A DNA stretch of 64,000 nt from Amoebophrya sp. A120 (Eukaryota; Protista; Dinoflagellata): NCBI GenBank assembly GCA_905178155.1, contig CAJINV010000010.1, positions 885,092 through 949,091 of the forward strand, given 5' to 3'. Position 1 is the first letter of the stretch. Each line of letters begins with the position of its first letter. The notes below the pieces were generated by a model. It did not search any database, was not told the origin of the DNA, and saw nothing but the letters and a program-made list of their open reading frames with translations. A program made the position numbers and the translations under genes. Shown piece by piece: positions 1 to 12,144 of the stretch.

Positions 1-6
1 TTCAAT

Positions 7-118
7 GCTTATCGCAGGAGCCTGCGGGCCGCCGCGGGCGACAGTAGTTGTCCGCGGCCCTTTAGGGCCGCGGGGAAGTGGTGGAGCCCGCGGCGGCCCG
101 CAGGCTCCTGCGATAAGC
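7..118. repeat. GC-rich perfect 33-bp inverted repeat with nested hairpin
   Basis: GCTTATCGCAGGAGCCTGCGGGCCGCCGCGGGC (7-39) has its exact reverse complement at 86-118. Inner hairpin CCGCGGCCCT-TT-AGGGCCGCGG at 52-73; another palindrome at about 239-265. Confidence 0.85.
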
Positions 119-1323
119 TTTGAATGCGAATCCGGAAGCCCCCGATGACCCAGATACCTTCCTGGCCAGGGGGCCAGTTTCTCATGCAGGGGGCTTGCAG
201 AAGAAGGAGTGGGACTGTAATCAAAAATAAATAGCGCCAAAGCGCGGCCCGCGGGGCCGCGCTTTCGCCGCGCGGCTGGTTAGGCTTTCGCGCTGGTTAG
301 ATTTTCGCGCACGCATTTGGTTACCAATATCGCCCTCCGGGCGCGATCTTCATATTTTATGAGGGAATATTGATGTTGATGTACGAGGAATTGCACAAAC
401 AGTTGCGTCGAGTTAAAAACGCGAATCGAGCTGGCTGAATTTGAAAACGACAGCGCAAAAGGCTGAAATAGAAAAGTAAATTTAGCTAAAGGAATAAATA
501 CTATCGTGACCTGTCGGAAAAATGTGGCGAATGATTCATCAAAGTAGCGCCTTTTGGGATAGAAATAAATAAGTATGATCTACAGATGCTGCTCTCTGTG
601 GAGCGAGAGGGCTGAAGAAACCTGTGTAACCATAGAATGATCTCGTGGTGCAAGTAGACCTTCGTTTGTTTATAAAATTTCAAACGGTCTTGTTGTAGTC
701 CGGAAGATGACATTTGATTTGTTCGTGCCAGAGATCGTACGAGACGAATTGGGAAGATTCATCGCAAAGCACAGTGCTTCGCCTTCACCTTCTCCTATAA
801 AAAGTCTGGATCTGCTGATTACGTGCCGTGGTGTTGTATCTTCGTACGTATGCACTGCATACAGTTTTTTTCTCGTTCGAATTCGTTCGTCAGTAGACAG
901 ACTGCTCAACTACATGATCCGTAGACATTCTTACTTATTTCGTGTAGTCGTGTGGGCCACTTTTTCGACTTTCGTACGAAGAATTTATATACGAGGAAGC
1001 TGTAGGAACTTGGGCCTATCTACTCTTCGTGCAGCCTAGGGGTCGTTCGTCAGTGACTCGTCGTGGTATCTATTTGTATTTCAGTATCGAGTATCTTCAT
1101 GAAAGATTGACGTTGATCGCCATCCTCTTCATCTCGCATCGATTCATCGATTCGACAGTGCCCCAGTTTTTTGAAATCTTCGCAAGAAGTAAAAACCCGG
1201 AGAATTGATTTCTCTCAACAGCGTCTCGTTTTGTAAACGGGTTTTGCGCTCCTGTATCGGGAGTCAAAGGATTTAAGTCCAAGACCAGTCAAATTCCTAG
1301 AAGGAAAGAGAAAGACACACAAT

Positions 1324-1837
1324 ATGAAAAAGGGGGTTTCCGTGGCAGTTGTGATGTCGGTCGGCGCCGTGCACCAGGGCGACCGCGCCCCCCCCCCCCC
1401 CCCCCCCCCAGACTACCCATCAGTGGGTCGGCAAGGAAGACGGGGGAGAGTTTCTGGAGATTGACGCGGGGAACTTGCCCGACCTGGGCCAGGTAGCCGG
1501 AGCCATCAACGGGGCAGTCTTTCCAGGGAACTCGCAAGAAGCCGTGGATAATGCGGCAACGTTGGGCAAAACAGTCACGGAGACTGCGGTATTGAACTCG
1601 AAGCCGGGGAAAGTCACAAAAGTGTTGGCGAAGGGAGCAGGCCTGTCGTGTGACAGCGGAGATGATATGGAGTGTTGCAAGGAAGGAGATTCGGGGTACC
1701 GGAACGATCAAGTCGTGAAAGTTTGCGAAAATCCGGCCAAGTGCGTGGCGGGTATCTGTGCTGAAGGGCCTCTTGCGGGAGCTCAGAACCAGGCAGAGTT
1801 CGTTACCGACGACGACCCGAATTTTTGGCAGCGATGA
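1324..1837 (+). CDS. Small Cys-rich, probably secreted protein; frameshift in a 22-C run
   Basis: ATG 1324 gives MKKGVSVAVVMSVGAVHQG (short hydrophobic leader). After the C run (1388-1409) a second frame is open to 1837 with six Cys (CDSGDDMECC...C...C...C). Confidence 0.5.
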
Positions 1838-3685
1838 CATTGCAAATGCAGTGACACTGGACTAATACTCGAGGGGAAATCTTGAATGATACGCGAGAGG
1901 GATGCGTTTTTATAATGAAGAAGGCGCCAAGTAAGCATAGTTAACGCATATGAAAGCAACCCCTTCTTGTTCACTGCTGTCCCTTTCATTTCAATCAGAA
2001 CAAGCCACGATCTTGCCAAGAAAATGAGTTACCTTTTGAAGCACTATTACATGACTTACGTTTGATATGTACATTTTTTGAGACTTGCCACGAACTTTTA
2101 TTTCGATGCACGGAGATGAAGTGGTACAACAGCATAGTGCCCACAGATACTGCAACAATGGGCAGAGGAAAACATTCTAAAGGTGCTCGCTGGTTGTACA
2201 AGTTACGCAGCCACGTGGCAGGAGGCAGAGAAGCACGCTCTCGTTCTACTTTGTTGCGTATTGTAAAATCCTCGTGTTTCGGCTTCAACATTTTGATCGT
2301 GTATTAGCAACAGCTGCAATTTCAGATTCATTTAAGTCAGGTACTAACTAGTATGGGAGGCCGACGAGGCCGACAACTTCCTACTTCGCATCCTTCGTTC
2401 AAAAAGTTTGAATTTTCAATATTTACACATGGCCACAACTTCAATTATTCGTCTACCCTGATTTCATTTTTATCCTCTGTTACCCACCTGCACCTTCGGG
2501 CGAAGCGTTCAGAGTTCGATCCCAAAAAAAAAGTTTTCTCCTTCCCTTGATTTAAGCGCAAAACCAAAACAGCATCGTATCCCGGTGGATTAAAAAAGTA
2601 CCCACTTCAACATAGTCATAGTTATGTAGAATACGAATTCCCGTGTGCAATATTTTCCTCCGGGCTTGAAGAGTAGAACAGGGAGTTGCGAAGCAAGAGG
2701 TGGTATCTGCGATAGCATTGCAGACGCATTCCCTCGTGCTCACTGTACGGATGGAAGAGGAAGTGCAAGAAATTATATACAGCCGCCACATACGATACCT
2801 ACCGCGACCCGCATATAATTCTGTCGAAAAGTCGTGCTTTGTTTCTTTCAGTAGCCGGCTCCAAATGCGGCCAATGTCAATCCGAAGGAAACTACTTGCA
2901 AGACTTGTGAACACGTAGTCGTGAATCAGACTTATTCGCTGTAAAATATTTTTTTGGGGGATACGCCAAAAAATTCAGATCTGTAGCCGTGGGGCAAAAA
3001 TCTCCTCCGTCGTGTACGCGTCCTGTGCCACACGACGACTTGTGTTTTCGTTTTGACGTTGCTTGTTCTGATGTTATATATGAAAACAACTAGGCCACAT
3101 ATGCGTTTTTTGATTTGCCACACTCGGTGGAGTTGTGCAGCAGCTCCAGCAGTCAAGAATCGAGAACTTGTACAGAGTGAACCTCAAACAAGTAGATGCG
3201 CCGCGAGAGCAGGAGGGAAGCTCGTCGAGAGATTCTTTTTAATCGACATAAAGTTCAGCTTACACTTCGTTTTAAAAACATACAAAAAATAAAAGCCCAA
3301 GACGAGCACTGTTTGCTCGACAATAAAGGAGCTCTGAAGTTTGGCTGGTTGTCTAAAGACACAGACTAACTCCCGTGAAGATGATGCCCCTTCTTTCTAC
3401 CCAAACACAAAGTATAGTTCTTGGAAAAAGTATTCACTCAAAACCTGACCTGCGAGTATCAATGAACGATGACTCCTTTCCATTAGGAATGAAGCTTTAA
3501 TTTGAAGTGCTTGTACATGTACAAAAAAACTTGTGAACAACAATCGTGAAGACTACTTGATTGTGGTTTTGTCATTGTTTTTGAATTTTTGCCTGAGAGA
3601 GACTCACGAATATTTTTTATCGTTTCGGAGGTTTCCGTTTCCACACTGGAGTTCGAGCTAAGGTTACGAGTAGTATTTTTCAGCC

Positions 3686-6600
3686 ATGAAGACGCTTACT
3701 TTTTCAGAAACGAAAGATCAAGCGGAGCCCTCATCGTTTCCTCGCGATGATTCCTGTTTACGTGCTTCCCCCTCTTCCGATTACGACCCCACCCTGACGG
3801 CGCCACCCTCTCCCGTGGAAATAACCACCAGTAGCCAAGCACCTCCCACGTCGGCCTTCGAACAGCAACAGATTCCGCTGATCCTGGAACTCTGCCTGCC
3901 CTTCTACGACCTGCAGGATTTGAAAACGCTGCGACAGGTCTGCAGAAGGGAGGCGCCGGTGTGCGAAAACCTGGAGTACGGTTGGCAATTGCTCTGGGAG
4001 AATTTGTACCAGTACGCCATCCCGAACCGAAAATGCTCCAGAGTCTTGAAGCAATGGATCCAGGCGAGATTGGCTGCGGTTGCGGAAGGAAGTGGCGGTT
4101 TTTCGATTGCAGGTCGTAGTCGTAGTGCAGGAGCGACGAGGTCGTTTTATTCTTCCTCTTCTTCTTCCCCGACCGGTAAAAGTACAAGTGACGCCAGTCG
4201 GCCCGCAGGGGAAGGAGCGTCTTTTTCCCTAGATGAAACAGCACGAACTTTTTCTACGCATCTTCCCCTTGATTTTCCTTCGCAGGAAACCAACTGCAAT
4301 ACGAACACGTCGACGACGATGGGCAATTATGATAAACAGCAGCAGTTTCAAGTCTATGAAAACGCGGTCCGACTGGTGCATTGGATCGTGAAAAGGGTGA
4401 AGCAGGAAGAAATTGAGCAGCTTATCAAATGCAAATATGTCTGGGTCTGGAAGGTTCCAACTTCTGATGCTGTCTCTGGATTCGAAAAAAATCTGTATTG
4501 CATGACAAGCAAGACGAGTCTTGTTTGTGCTACGCGGAGAAGGCATTTCTCATGCACAATAGGCATCAGGAAGCCCTCTGCAAATCTGTCATGCTAGGCC
4601 ATGCATTACAGGCATCAGGGGTCATGCAGCATATGCATGACAAACCTGGCAACTACTTTCCAGACCCAGCAGACATATTTGCAATGGATGCAGCTGCTCG
4701 GAGGGCAATTTTTGACCAGTGCGCTGTACTTGCTACACGAAGCGCGGCACGAATGCGATATGGAATGCAAAAATGTCTGGGTCTGGAAGATGGCGAGATT
4801 TGTCATGCTAGTCTGGCATGACTCTGCACTTTGTATTGCGTGGCCACCAAGAGGTCCTCTTGCCTGTCATGCAAAAGCGCAGTTTCTCATGCGAACTACG
4901 CAGCACATAGGCACCAAAAAACTTGTCATGCTTGGCTGCGCAGTACAGAGGACTTATTGTTCACGGACTTGCATCACAAGTTTCCAGACCCAGACATATT
5001 TGCAACCCATATGCGAGAAGCAGCGGCAAGAGGAGAAGATGAAGAAGGCGCCGGCAAACGTGATTGCGCCCAAATTGTGGATATGCACTGCAAAAGTATC
5101 GTACTCGTATAAATGCAGCACAAATTTCCTCAGCATGAGAAACAAAATTTGTAATGCGGATTTGACTTAACAAAAAGAAAAAGATTTGTAATGCATGACT
5201 GCAATACGAATACGATGCTTTTGCATTTGATAGTGGAGGCGGCGAAGTCCTTCGACGATGAACAGCAACTTGTGCATATGCAAGAAAAAAATTGTGTAAG
5301 TGTGAGTCTGTGATGCAAGGAATGCAGCACAGTTACACTTTGTCATGCTGGTGTTGAGTCATGAAGCTGTTTTTCATATGTGTTTCCACTGATACGAGCT
5401 GTGCACGACAGGCTTTCTCTGTCATGCAGAGCAAATTTGTTAATGTCATGCTGGCACAACTCCAACAGACCTAGTACACTGACACAGTTTAATATTTTTT
5501 CCTGGATAATGCATGATTTGCGACGATCACTTCACGTCGGGCACCATGGTGGATGCAGCTACGACGAGCCCGACGAATGATGATCTGCAGGCTCTAGAAG
5601 TTGTACAGCCGGTGCAAGTAGAACAGATAAGCCGGGAGCTGCGGCGAGATCATGATGACGCTGATTTTCACGATTTCGCCCCGGACACGCGGAGCAGGAG
5701 CTTGGAAATTCCCGCGTCTCTTTCCCCAAACTACAGCGAAGTGGATGCAGGAAACGCAACATCTTGTACTACCGCATCAAGTAGGGGGCTCCAAAAAATT
5801 CTCTCGGATGACCACGAAGTGCGGTTGGATTTACTGCTCCTCCTGGCCCTCCTCGCCACAAAGGAGCTGAATAACCAGAAGCACGTGACGCAACTGCAGA
5901 ACAACGTGAATTCCCAGCTGCACGAAGAGTATCAAGTGCAAAAATGTCTGGGTCTGGAAGAATGCATGTTTGTCATGCTTGTCTGGCATGACTCTGAAAT
6001 CTGTCATGCGCGTTACCCAAGAGCTCCATTTTTCTGTGATGCAGAAACGCAGTTTGTCATGTAGAATAGGCAACACCTAGAAGCTCAGAAACTTGTCATG
6101 CTGAGCCAGCACTTGTGGCCTCATCATGAGACGCCACCCAGCATCACAAGTTTCCAGACCCAGACATTTTTGCATTTGATAAAGAGCTGCGCCTGATTGC
6201 CAACGAAGAATTTTCCTGCGAGTGCGAAATCCCGATCGCGGAGCACCCGAACTCGAATTGTGCCTATCAACTGTAAAAATGCCTGGGTCTGGAAGATTCT
6301 GAGACTTGTCATGCAAGTTTTGCATGAGCCCTGATGCAGATAGTATGTATCAGAGATTTTTTGAGGGCTTCTGGATGCCTATTCCGCATGACAAATGCCC
6401 TCTTGCTTCCCGTAGCAAAAGTTACATTCCTTTTGGTACTCATGCAATACAGATTTTTTTGGAATCCAACTGCAGCATCACAAGTTGCATCCTTCCAGAC
6501 CCAGACATTTTTACATGTGATAGTGCCGTGTCCATGACAATCTACCAGCAGCGGGTGAAGAAGGAGCTCGCGATATCATGTGTAAAAACGTCCCCACCCC

Positions 6601-9600
6601 AGAGTTGTAATGCAAATCTGCATGCTGAGAATGTTTCTCATGCGGAGACCCATGAGAAGCAGTCTCTAGTCGTGTTGTGGGATTTGTGATGCTAGAATCA
6701 GCATGATATGCTAGAACTGTGATGCTGCTGAACAAGCTAAACAGGATTACACTGCGAGGCCAAACTTGTCATGCGCAACAGCAAAAGCTGACAGATTTGT
6801 CTAGCAGATTTCCCAGCTTGGCTCTGGTGTGGGGACGTTTTTACTCAGGATGCGCGAAGTTCACAAATAACGACGAAAACTTGCTGTATGAGAATGAAAA
6901 ATCCCCCCTCCCCATATCAAAACGAAGTTTCTGATGCTGGATTTGCGTACACAAATCTGATTTGTGTTGCAGAAAGGCATGGCGGCCAGATCCGCAGGCT
7001 AGCTGGGGGCGTATGGGTCTAGTTGCTCAGCATGGCAAACGGCCTCCCTTTAGGCCCAACGGCATGACAAACCGCCTCCATAATATGGCGGAAGCTTCTG
7101 CCCTTGTCTTCTTGCAAGACAGATGTGATTTGTGACCTCAAATCAGCAACACAAATTTCCGGAGCCATACCTTTTCAATATGGGGAGGGGGGATTTTTCC
7201 ACGCGATATGCTGAACCTGCTGCCCAGCAGAAACTTGATCAACCTGGCCCTGGCTGGGGAAGGCAGTCCAGCAACCGAAGCTGCGGAACCACCAGACGAG
7301 GAACGAAGTAAAACTGAGGTTGCCACCGACAACGCGCTAGCGCATCTACTGCGGTCTGCGGCGAAAGCGAACCACGTGGAGGTGGGGAGACTGCTATATT
7401 ACAATGAAAAATGCTCCCACCGCAGAATTCGCAAAAGTGTCTCATGCAAAGTCTCCAAATGAAAGCTTTTCGTCTTGCATGAAAGGACTAAGACGAGCCT
7501 TTCTGATGCACAATCTAGCTGCGCAAGGTGTCTTTTGCAAGGCAGACCCGGCTGCTGTTGGGCTCCTTTGCAACACGAATTTGAGCTATTCAGCATGGAA
7601 AATCTGTGATGCTGACATATGCAAGACGGGGAATGTTTCCATTGGAAAGGTTAGCATCTACAAATGCTGCCAAGTTCTGGGGTGGGACATTTTTCACTGT
7701 AGTATGCTACTGGACTGCTTTTCGTTTTCATCATCGAACACAAGTGCGAAGAGCCGCAGAATACAGAGCGACGATGAAATATCCTAGGAAAAAACGTTGT
7801 TAGTGTAAATTTATGATGCGCAACATGCAAGATGATTGCGTCTGTCATGCTTGGCATGCATCGGAGGGCCCATTAAAGGGCGTTCCCACGACGTACTATC
7901 TGCGCATGACAGGTTTTTGCTGTCATGCCAGACAAATTTGCAATGCTGGTCCTCCAAAAAAGTTACACCTACAATGTTTTTTTCTTGGATATGAAAAAAC
8001 AGACCTCTCGACGTCTGAGATGGAGCAAAACAACAACGTCACCCAACATCATACAGAAAGCAACAAAACACTGGACAAGATGCTGGGGAAAGACGCCAAC
8101 AGCCGCGATTTGGTGGTTGAAGTGGGGCACACGCAGCTTTCCGCTTTCCCGCTGCTTATTGCCGCGAAGGAAGGCAACTGCGGATTCTGCCGGATGCTGC
8201 TACACTTCCGCGCGGATGTGAACCAAAAGGACCAGAACGGGCGGACCGCACTGATGATGGCGATTTGTTACAAAAGGAAGAATGTCGTCGAAATGTTTCT
8301 TCGGGATAGTAGTAGGAGTGTTGACCACCAACTCGTCCCCGAGGCCTCCCGCGCTGCTGGTGGGAGACTACGAGAGAACTCACTTCAAACCCAGGTTGAT
8401 GAAGAAAACCTGCGACTACAGCAATCCCTGCAACTCAACGCAGGAGCCCAGAGATCTGGGGCGCCAGGGCTCAGCAAGTTTCAAGTAGAGCAATTAAAGG
8501 GGCCGAGTCATTTCGATGCCCGCTTGCACTTTCCTGCAATAGATGAAGCGCGCGAAAAATTGAAAGAAAAGAGCAACGAAAACCACTAGAATAGCCGCAT
8601 GAGATAGATAGAAGCAGCCTTGTAGGATGTGTTTAGATTTTATTGGCTTGGTAAATTTCGAACGAATTCCGAAACGCCTTAGGCGGGATATGTCAGCACT
8701 GTGGCAGCATGTGGCTGAATATGGTCAAGCCGTCTCGGAATTGATCGAAAAGCCGCCAGAGAATTTGAAGCACGGCAAGAAATAGAGATAAGCGAACAAG
8801 GCAGCTACGCGAGCGAGTTGGCCACAGTCACAAAGTAGAAGCCGCGAAACCCAGGCAAAGGCATCGGACCAAATCGCTAGAATCGCTCACAGTATCGATT
8901 TAGCTGGATTAGGTCGAGCAGTTTGCTGAATTTCGAGCGCCAGGAATTTTGCAAACCACACGAAGCGAATCGCAGTAGCCCAGTAGTCTTGAACGATTAA
9001 GATCACGACATAGGCGGGATGTTTGGATCGGTAAAATCCCCAATCCTACTAATGTCGTGGATCCAAATCGTGCAAGGAGAAGGACTCATAAGGATCATAG
9101 GCCTACGAAATAGGTAGGAAGATCATTCAAAGTACTTCAAAAGCCTCAATGACACCACTCACATGAACACTTGAACACATTAGACAGGGCCAAGATGGCT
9201 ATTTGTTACCGAATAGAAGCTAGCAACTCACGTCATGCCATCGTAGATAGACACACTCCACTCATGGAGATTAGATTTGGGATACGCCCTGTGTTCACTC
9301 CAACTGGATCCAACTTACCACTGCCAGACAGGATTGGGACTATTTCCCAACACACTTCAAACCCAGGTTGATGAAGAAAGCCTGCGACTACAGCAATCCC
9401 TGCAACTCAACGCCACCACCGACTTCGGGTATAACGTCCTCCATTACGCGTGTCTCGCCTTCGAGCCGGACATTGTCTATCTACTGTTGCAAGCTGGAAA
9501 ACAATTAGAACAGCGTGACAATCTGGCCTTCTCCTTTCCGGTATCGAATGTAAAAGTGTCTGGGTCTGGTTCTGGAAGAGTGCATGTTTGTCATGCTTGT

Positions 9601-11310
9601 CTGGCATGACTCTCAAATCTGTCATGCACGTTACCAAAGAGCGCCATTTTTTTGTGATGAAACGCAGTTTGTCATGCAGAATAGGAAACACCTAGAAGCT
9701 CAGACACTTGTCATGCTGACCCAGCACTTGTGGCCTCCTCATGATACGCCACCCAGCATCACAAGTTTCCAGACCCAGACACTTTTGCATTTGATATCCG
9801 GCGTTTGTGAACCACCGGGAGCGGTCTCGACAGCGGACGCCCTTGCTCGAATCCTGCGCGTTGCTTTCCCGGGTATCGCCTGCAACGGAAAGCCAGAGCG
9901 TGATCAGAAATTTGCTAGCCAGGACAGAACACCAACACGGAGCGGCAACGGCGAATGATTATCCACATGTTCTTGCACACGGTACCGGAACCGCGTCCAG
10001 TTCCTCGGATTCAGAAACTACAGCCAGTGCCGCCGGCGGAGCTGCTGAACAGTCGAACCGAAGCAGCCGGAAACTGGAGTCCCTGATTATTACAGTGAAA
10101 AATGCCCGCACCCCCAAAGAGACAACAATTTGTGATGCGAAGTTTCCAAATGAACACTTTTTGTCATGCATGAAAGGAGTACAAATCTTTCTGATGCACA
10201 TTCTAGGCGTGTATAGCATCGCTCGCATGACAAGCGCCACCCTTGCTGGGATCTTCTGCAATAGAGGTTTTTGCTATAATTCACGATGGAAAATCTGTGA
10301 TGCTGATAGATGCAAAGGGGCGAAGGTTTCACTTGAAAAGGTTTGCAATACAAATGCTCCCAAGTTCTGGGGTGGGGGCGTTTTTCATTGTAATACTGAT
10401 TGGCGATGAATGCGTCTATGACCGGTCGTGGACGCGGCTCGAGCTGGACTCCAGTCGCGACTTTCAGTTGAAGAAGATCGTGGCGCACTTACTTCTCGCG
10501 AAGGCGGATGTGTTGGCCCCTCAAAGCGGGGGGATTTCGACGTTCGCGGAGCACGGAACGCAGCAGGACGCGCTTTCCATCGTGTTGCTAGAGAAGAAAA
10601 GGTGGGATTTTTACCAGTGATATGAAATGTAAAAATGTCTGGGTCTGAAAGATTCTGAGATTTTTCATGCACGTTTTGCATGACCCAGGATGTCTATAAT
10701 GCACGACCGCGCATCACAGATTTTGAGAGGGCTTCCTGATGCCTACTCCGCATGACAAACACCCTCCCCGCGTAGCACAAACTAGACTCCTCGTGCTGGT
10801 CATGCAATACAGATTTTTCTAGAGTCCAAAGTTAGCATCACAAGTTCCAATCTTCCAGACCCAGACATTTTTGCATTTGATAAATGGATGAAGGAGTTTC
10901 TCTTGCAGAGGACTCTGCAAAGCCGCAAGAGTGACATAAGGAAGCAAGAGCAGCATCTGGCGGATTCGGCAGCGGTAGCAGACGAAATAGGTCGCGGGAG
11001 TTGTTCCTCCTCGTCAACTGCTGCTTCTGCTTGCACCGGGACAGCTAGAGCAGGTCGTGGTATGAAAAACAGCAGTGCTGAATCGAGTTCATCCGCCTCT
11101 TCGGCCACAGGCGAGACCAGTCTTCACATGTCAGCTGGCACAGCACCCTCTCCACGGTCATCACCTCCAACGCGAGCAGATCATGTCGGGCAACAAGAAG
11201 AGGGGCCATCAAAACAGCAGGCGGTTCTTCACACAGTAGAGACCACACGGGTCGAAAATCGGCTTCTCGAGGTCGAGGAAATCTATGCGAGGATGATAGC
11301 AGACGGATAG
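3686..11310 (+). CDS. F-box-like and ankyrin-repeat protein, split by 13 TIR introns and one duplicated insert
   Basis: IPLILELCLPFYDLQDLKTLRQVCR is F-box-like. Ankyrin motifs: LLIAAKEGNCGFCRMLLHFRADVNQKDQNGRTALMMA and GYNVLHYACLAFEPDIVYLLLQAG. The junctions I checked join in frame when element plus 5 nt is removed. Confidence 0.75.
4423..4690. mobile_element. TIR intron, family A (TATCAAATGCAAAWATGTCTGGGTCTGGAA)
   Basis: TIRs; direct repeat CAGCT. Confidence 0.85.
4759..5011. mobile_element. TIR intron, family A
   Basis: TIRs; direct repeat TGCGA. Confidence 0.85.
5082..5232. mobile_element. TIR intron, family F (TAT..GCAAAAGTATCGTACTCGTA)
   Basis: TIRs; direct repeat GTGGA. Confidence 0.85.
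5277..5508. mobile_element. TIR intron, family H-like
   Basis: Imperfect TIRs; flanks GTGCA/ATGCA; frame restored. Confidence 0.75.
5930..6181. mobile_element. TIR intron, family A
   Basis: TIRs; direct repeat AAGAG. Confidence 0.85.
6265..6522. mobile_element. TIR intron, family A
   Basis: TIRs; direct repeat GTGCC. Confidence 0.85.
6574..6852. mobile_element. TIR intron, family B (TATCCTGAGYAAAAACGTCCCCAC)
   Basis: TIRs; direct repeat CGCGA. Confidence 0.85.
6887..7208. mobile_element. TIR intron, family C (TAT..GAAAAATCCCCCCTCCCCATAT)
   Basis: TIRs; direct repeat TGCTG. Confidence 0.85.
7397..7704. mobile_element. TIR intron, family D (TATTACARTGAAAAATG)
   Basis: TIRs; direct repeat TGCTA. 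Confidence 0.85.
7780..7991. mobile_element. TIR intron, family E
   Basis: TIRs; direct repeat TGAAA; interior is an inverted relative of 23609-23831. Confidence 0.8.
8381..9413 (+). repeat. 61-bp direct repeats flanking a 911-bp insert
   Basis: 8381-8441 and 9353-9413 differ by one base; removing the insert plus one copy joins LQLNA to TTDFGYNVLH in frame. Confidence 0.8.
9542..9796. mobile_element. TIR intron, family A
   Basis: TIRs; direct repeat TCCGG; close copy of 5930-6181. Confidence 0.85.
10088..10395. mobile_element. TIR intron, family D
   Basis: TIRs; direct repeat CTGAT. Confidence 0.85.
10621..10882. mobile_element. TIR intron, family A
   Basis: TIRs; decayed flanks AGTGA/AATGG. 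Confidence 0.85.
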
Positions 11311-12144
11311 GCGTAGGTCGCAGAAGTAGTAAGTAGACAGAGGCGAGGTATTTTGATATGAAATGGTACTAGCACGTGGTTCTTGTTCATGCAACCGGAT
11401 GGATTCTGCAAAAGAAGTACGAGCATAGTTTGAACGAGAAACAACAAGATCATCGGAAAACAAAATGAACAGAATGGAAAATGAAGGTGCCATATAAAGT
11501 AATTCTGTTTGATGACCGGGTTATGGAAGGTATTGTTTGTGAGCGCGAGGACGTGTTTTCACTTTTTTGATTGTTCCTGTCATCTTGATCAGCCCGCACA
11601 AAGAGAAGTAGTTCATCGTTGTCCACTAGCCGTGGTGTTGTAGAAGAATTTCTTCACTTTGTTCTGATTCCGCTGGCTCGGTTGTCTACTTATACTTTTC
11701 GGCTCAAATACAATAGCGCCTGTGCTGGCCAAAGTTCTTGAGTCTTCACATTTTTTTTTGTTTAAAATGCTCGGTCGTGAAGATGTTGCGACCTCTTGTA
11801 AGCGTTCTTGTGTTGAACATCAAGGTGATGAATTGTAGTTCGATCAGGAAGAAGATCTAGATCTTGGCTCATGATGAACATGCGATTGCATAAAAAAAAG
11901 AATCTGGTTTCTGAATTAATGCACGAAGGAAGAAGGGAGGCGACTCTCCTTCTGCTAAAAATCGAAGAATAAGAGGAATATTGTACACCGTTTGAACAAT
12001 ACGAGCCTGCGAGAACGATTCAAAACAAGCAGCAACCAGTTATTTTTGAGTGGCCTTCTTCATCGTCACACTCTCGCACAGCTAAGTATTTAGCAACGTT
12101 ATGTTTATTTGCCACCTGTTCATCTTGCCGCCACAGGAGCTGCA

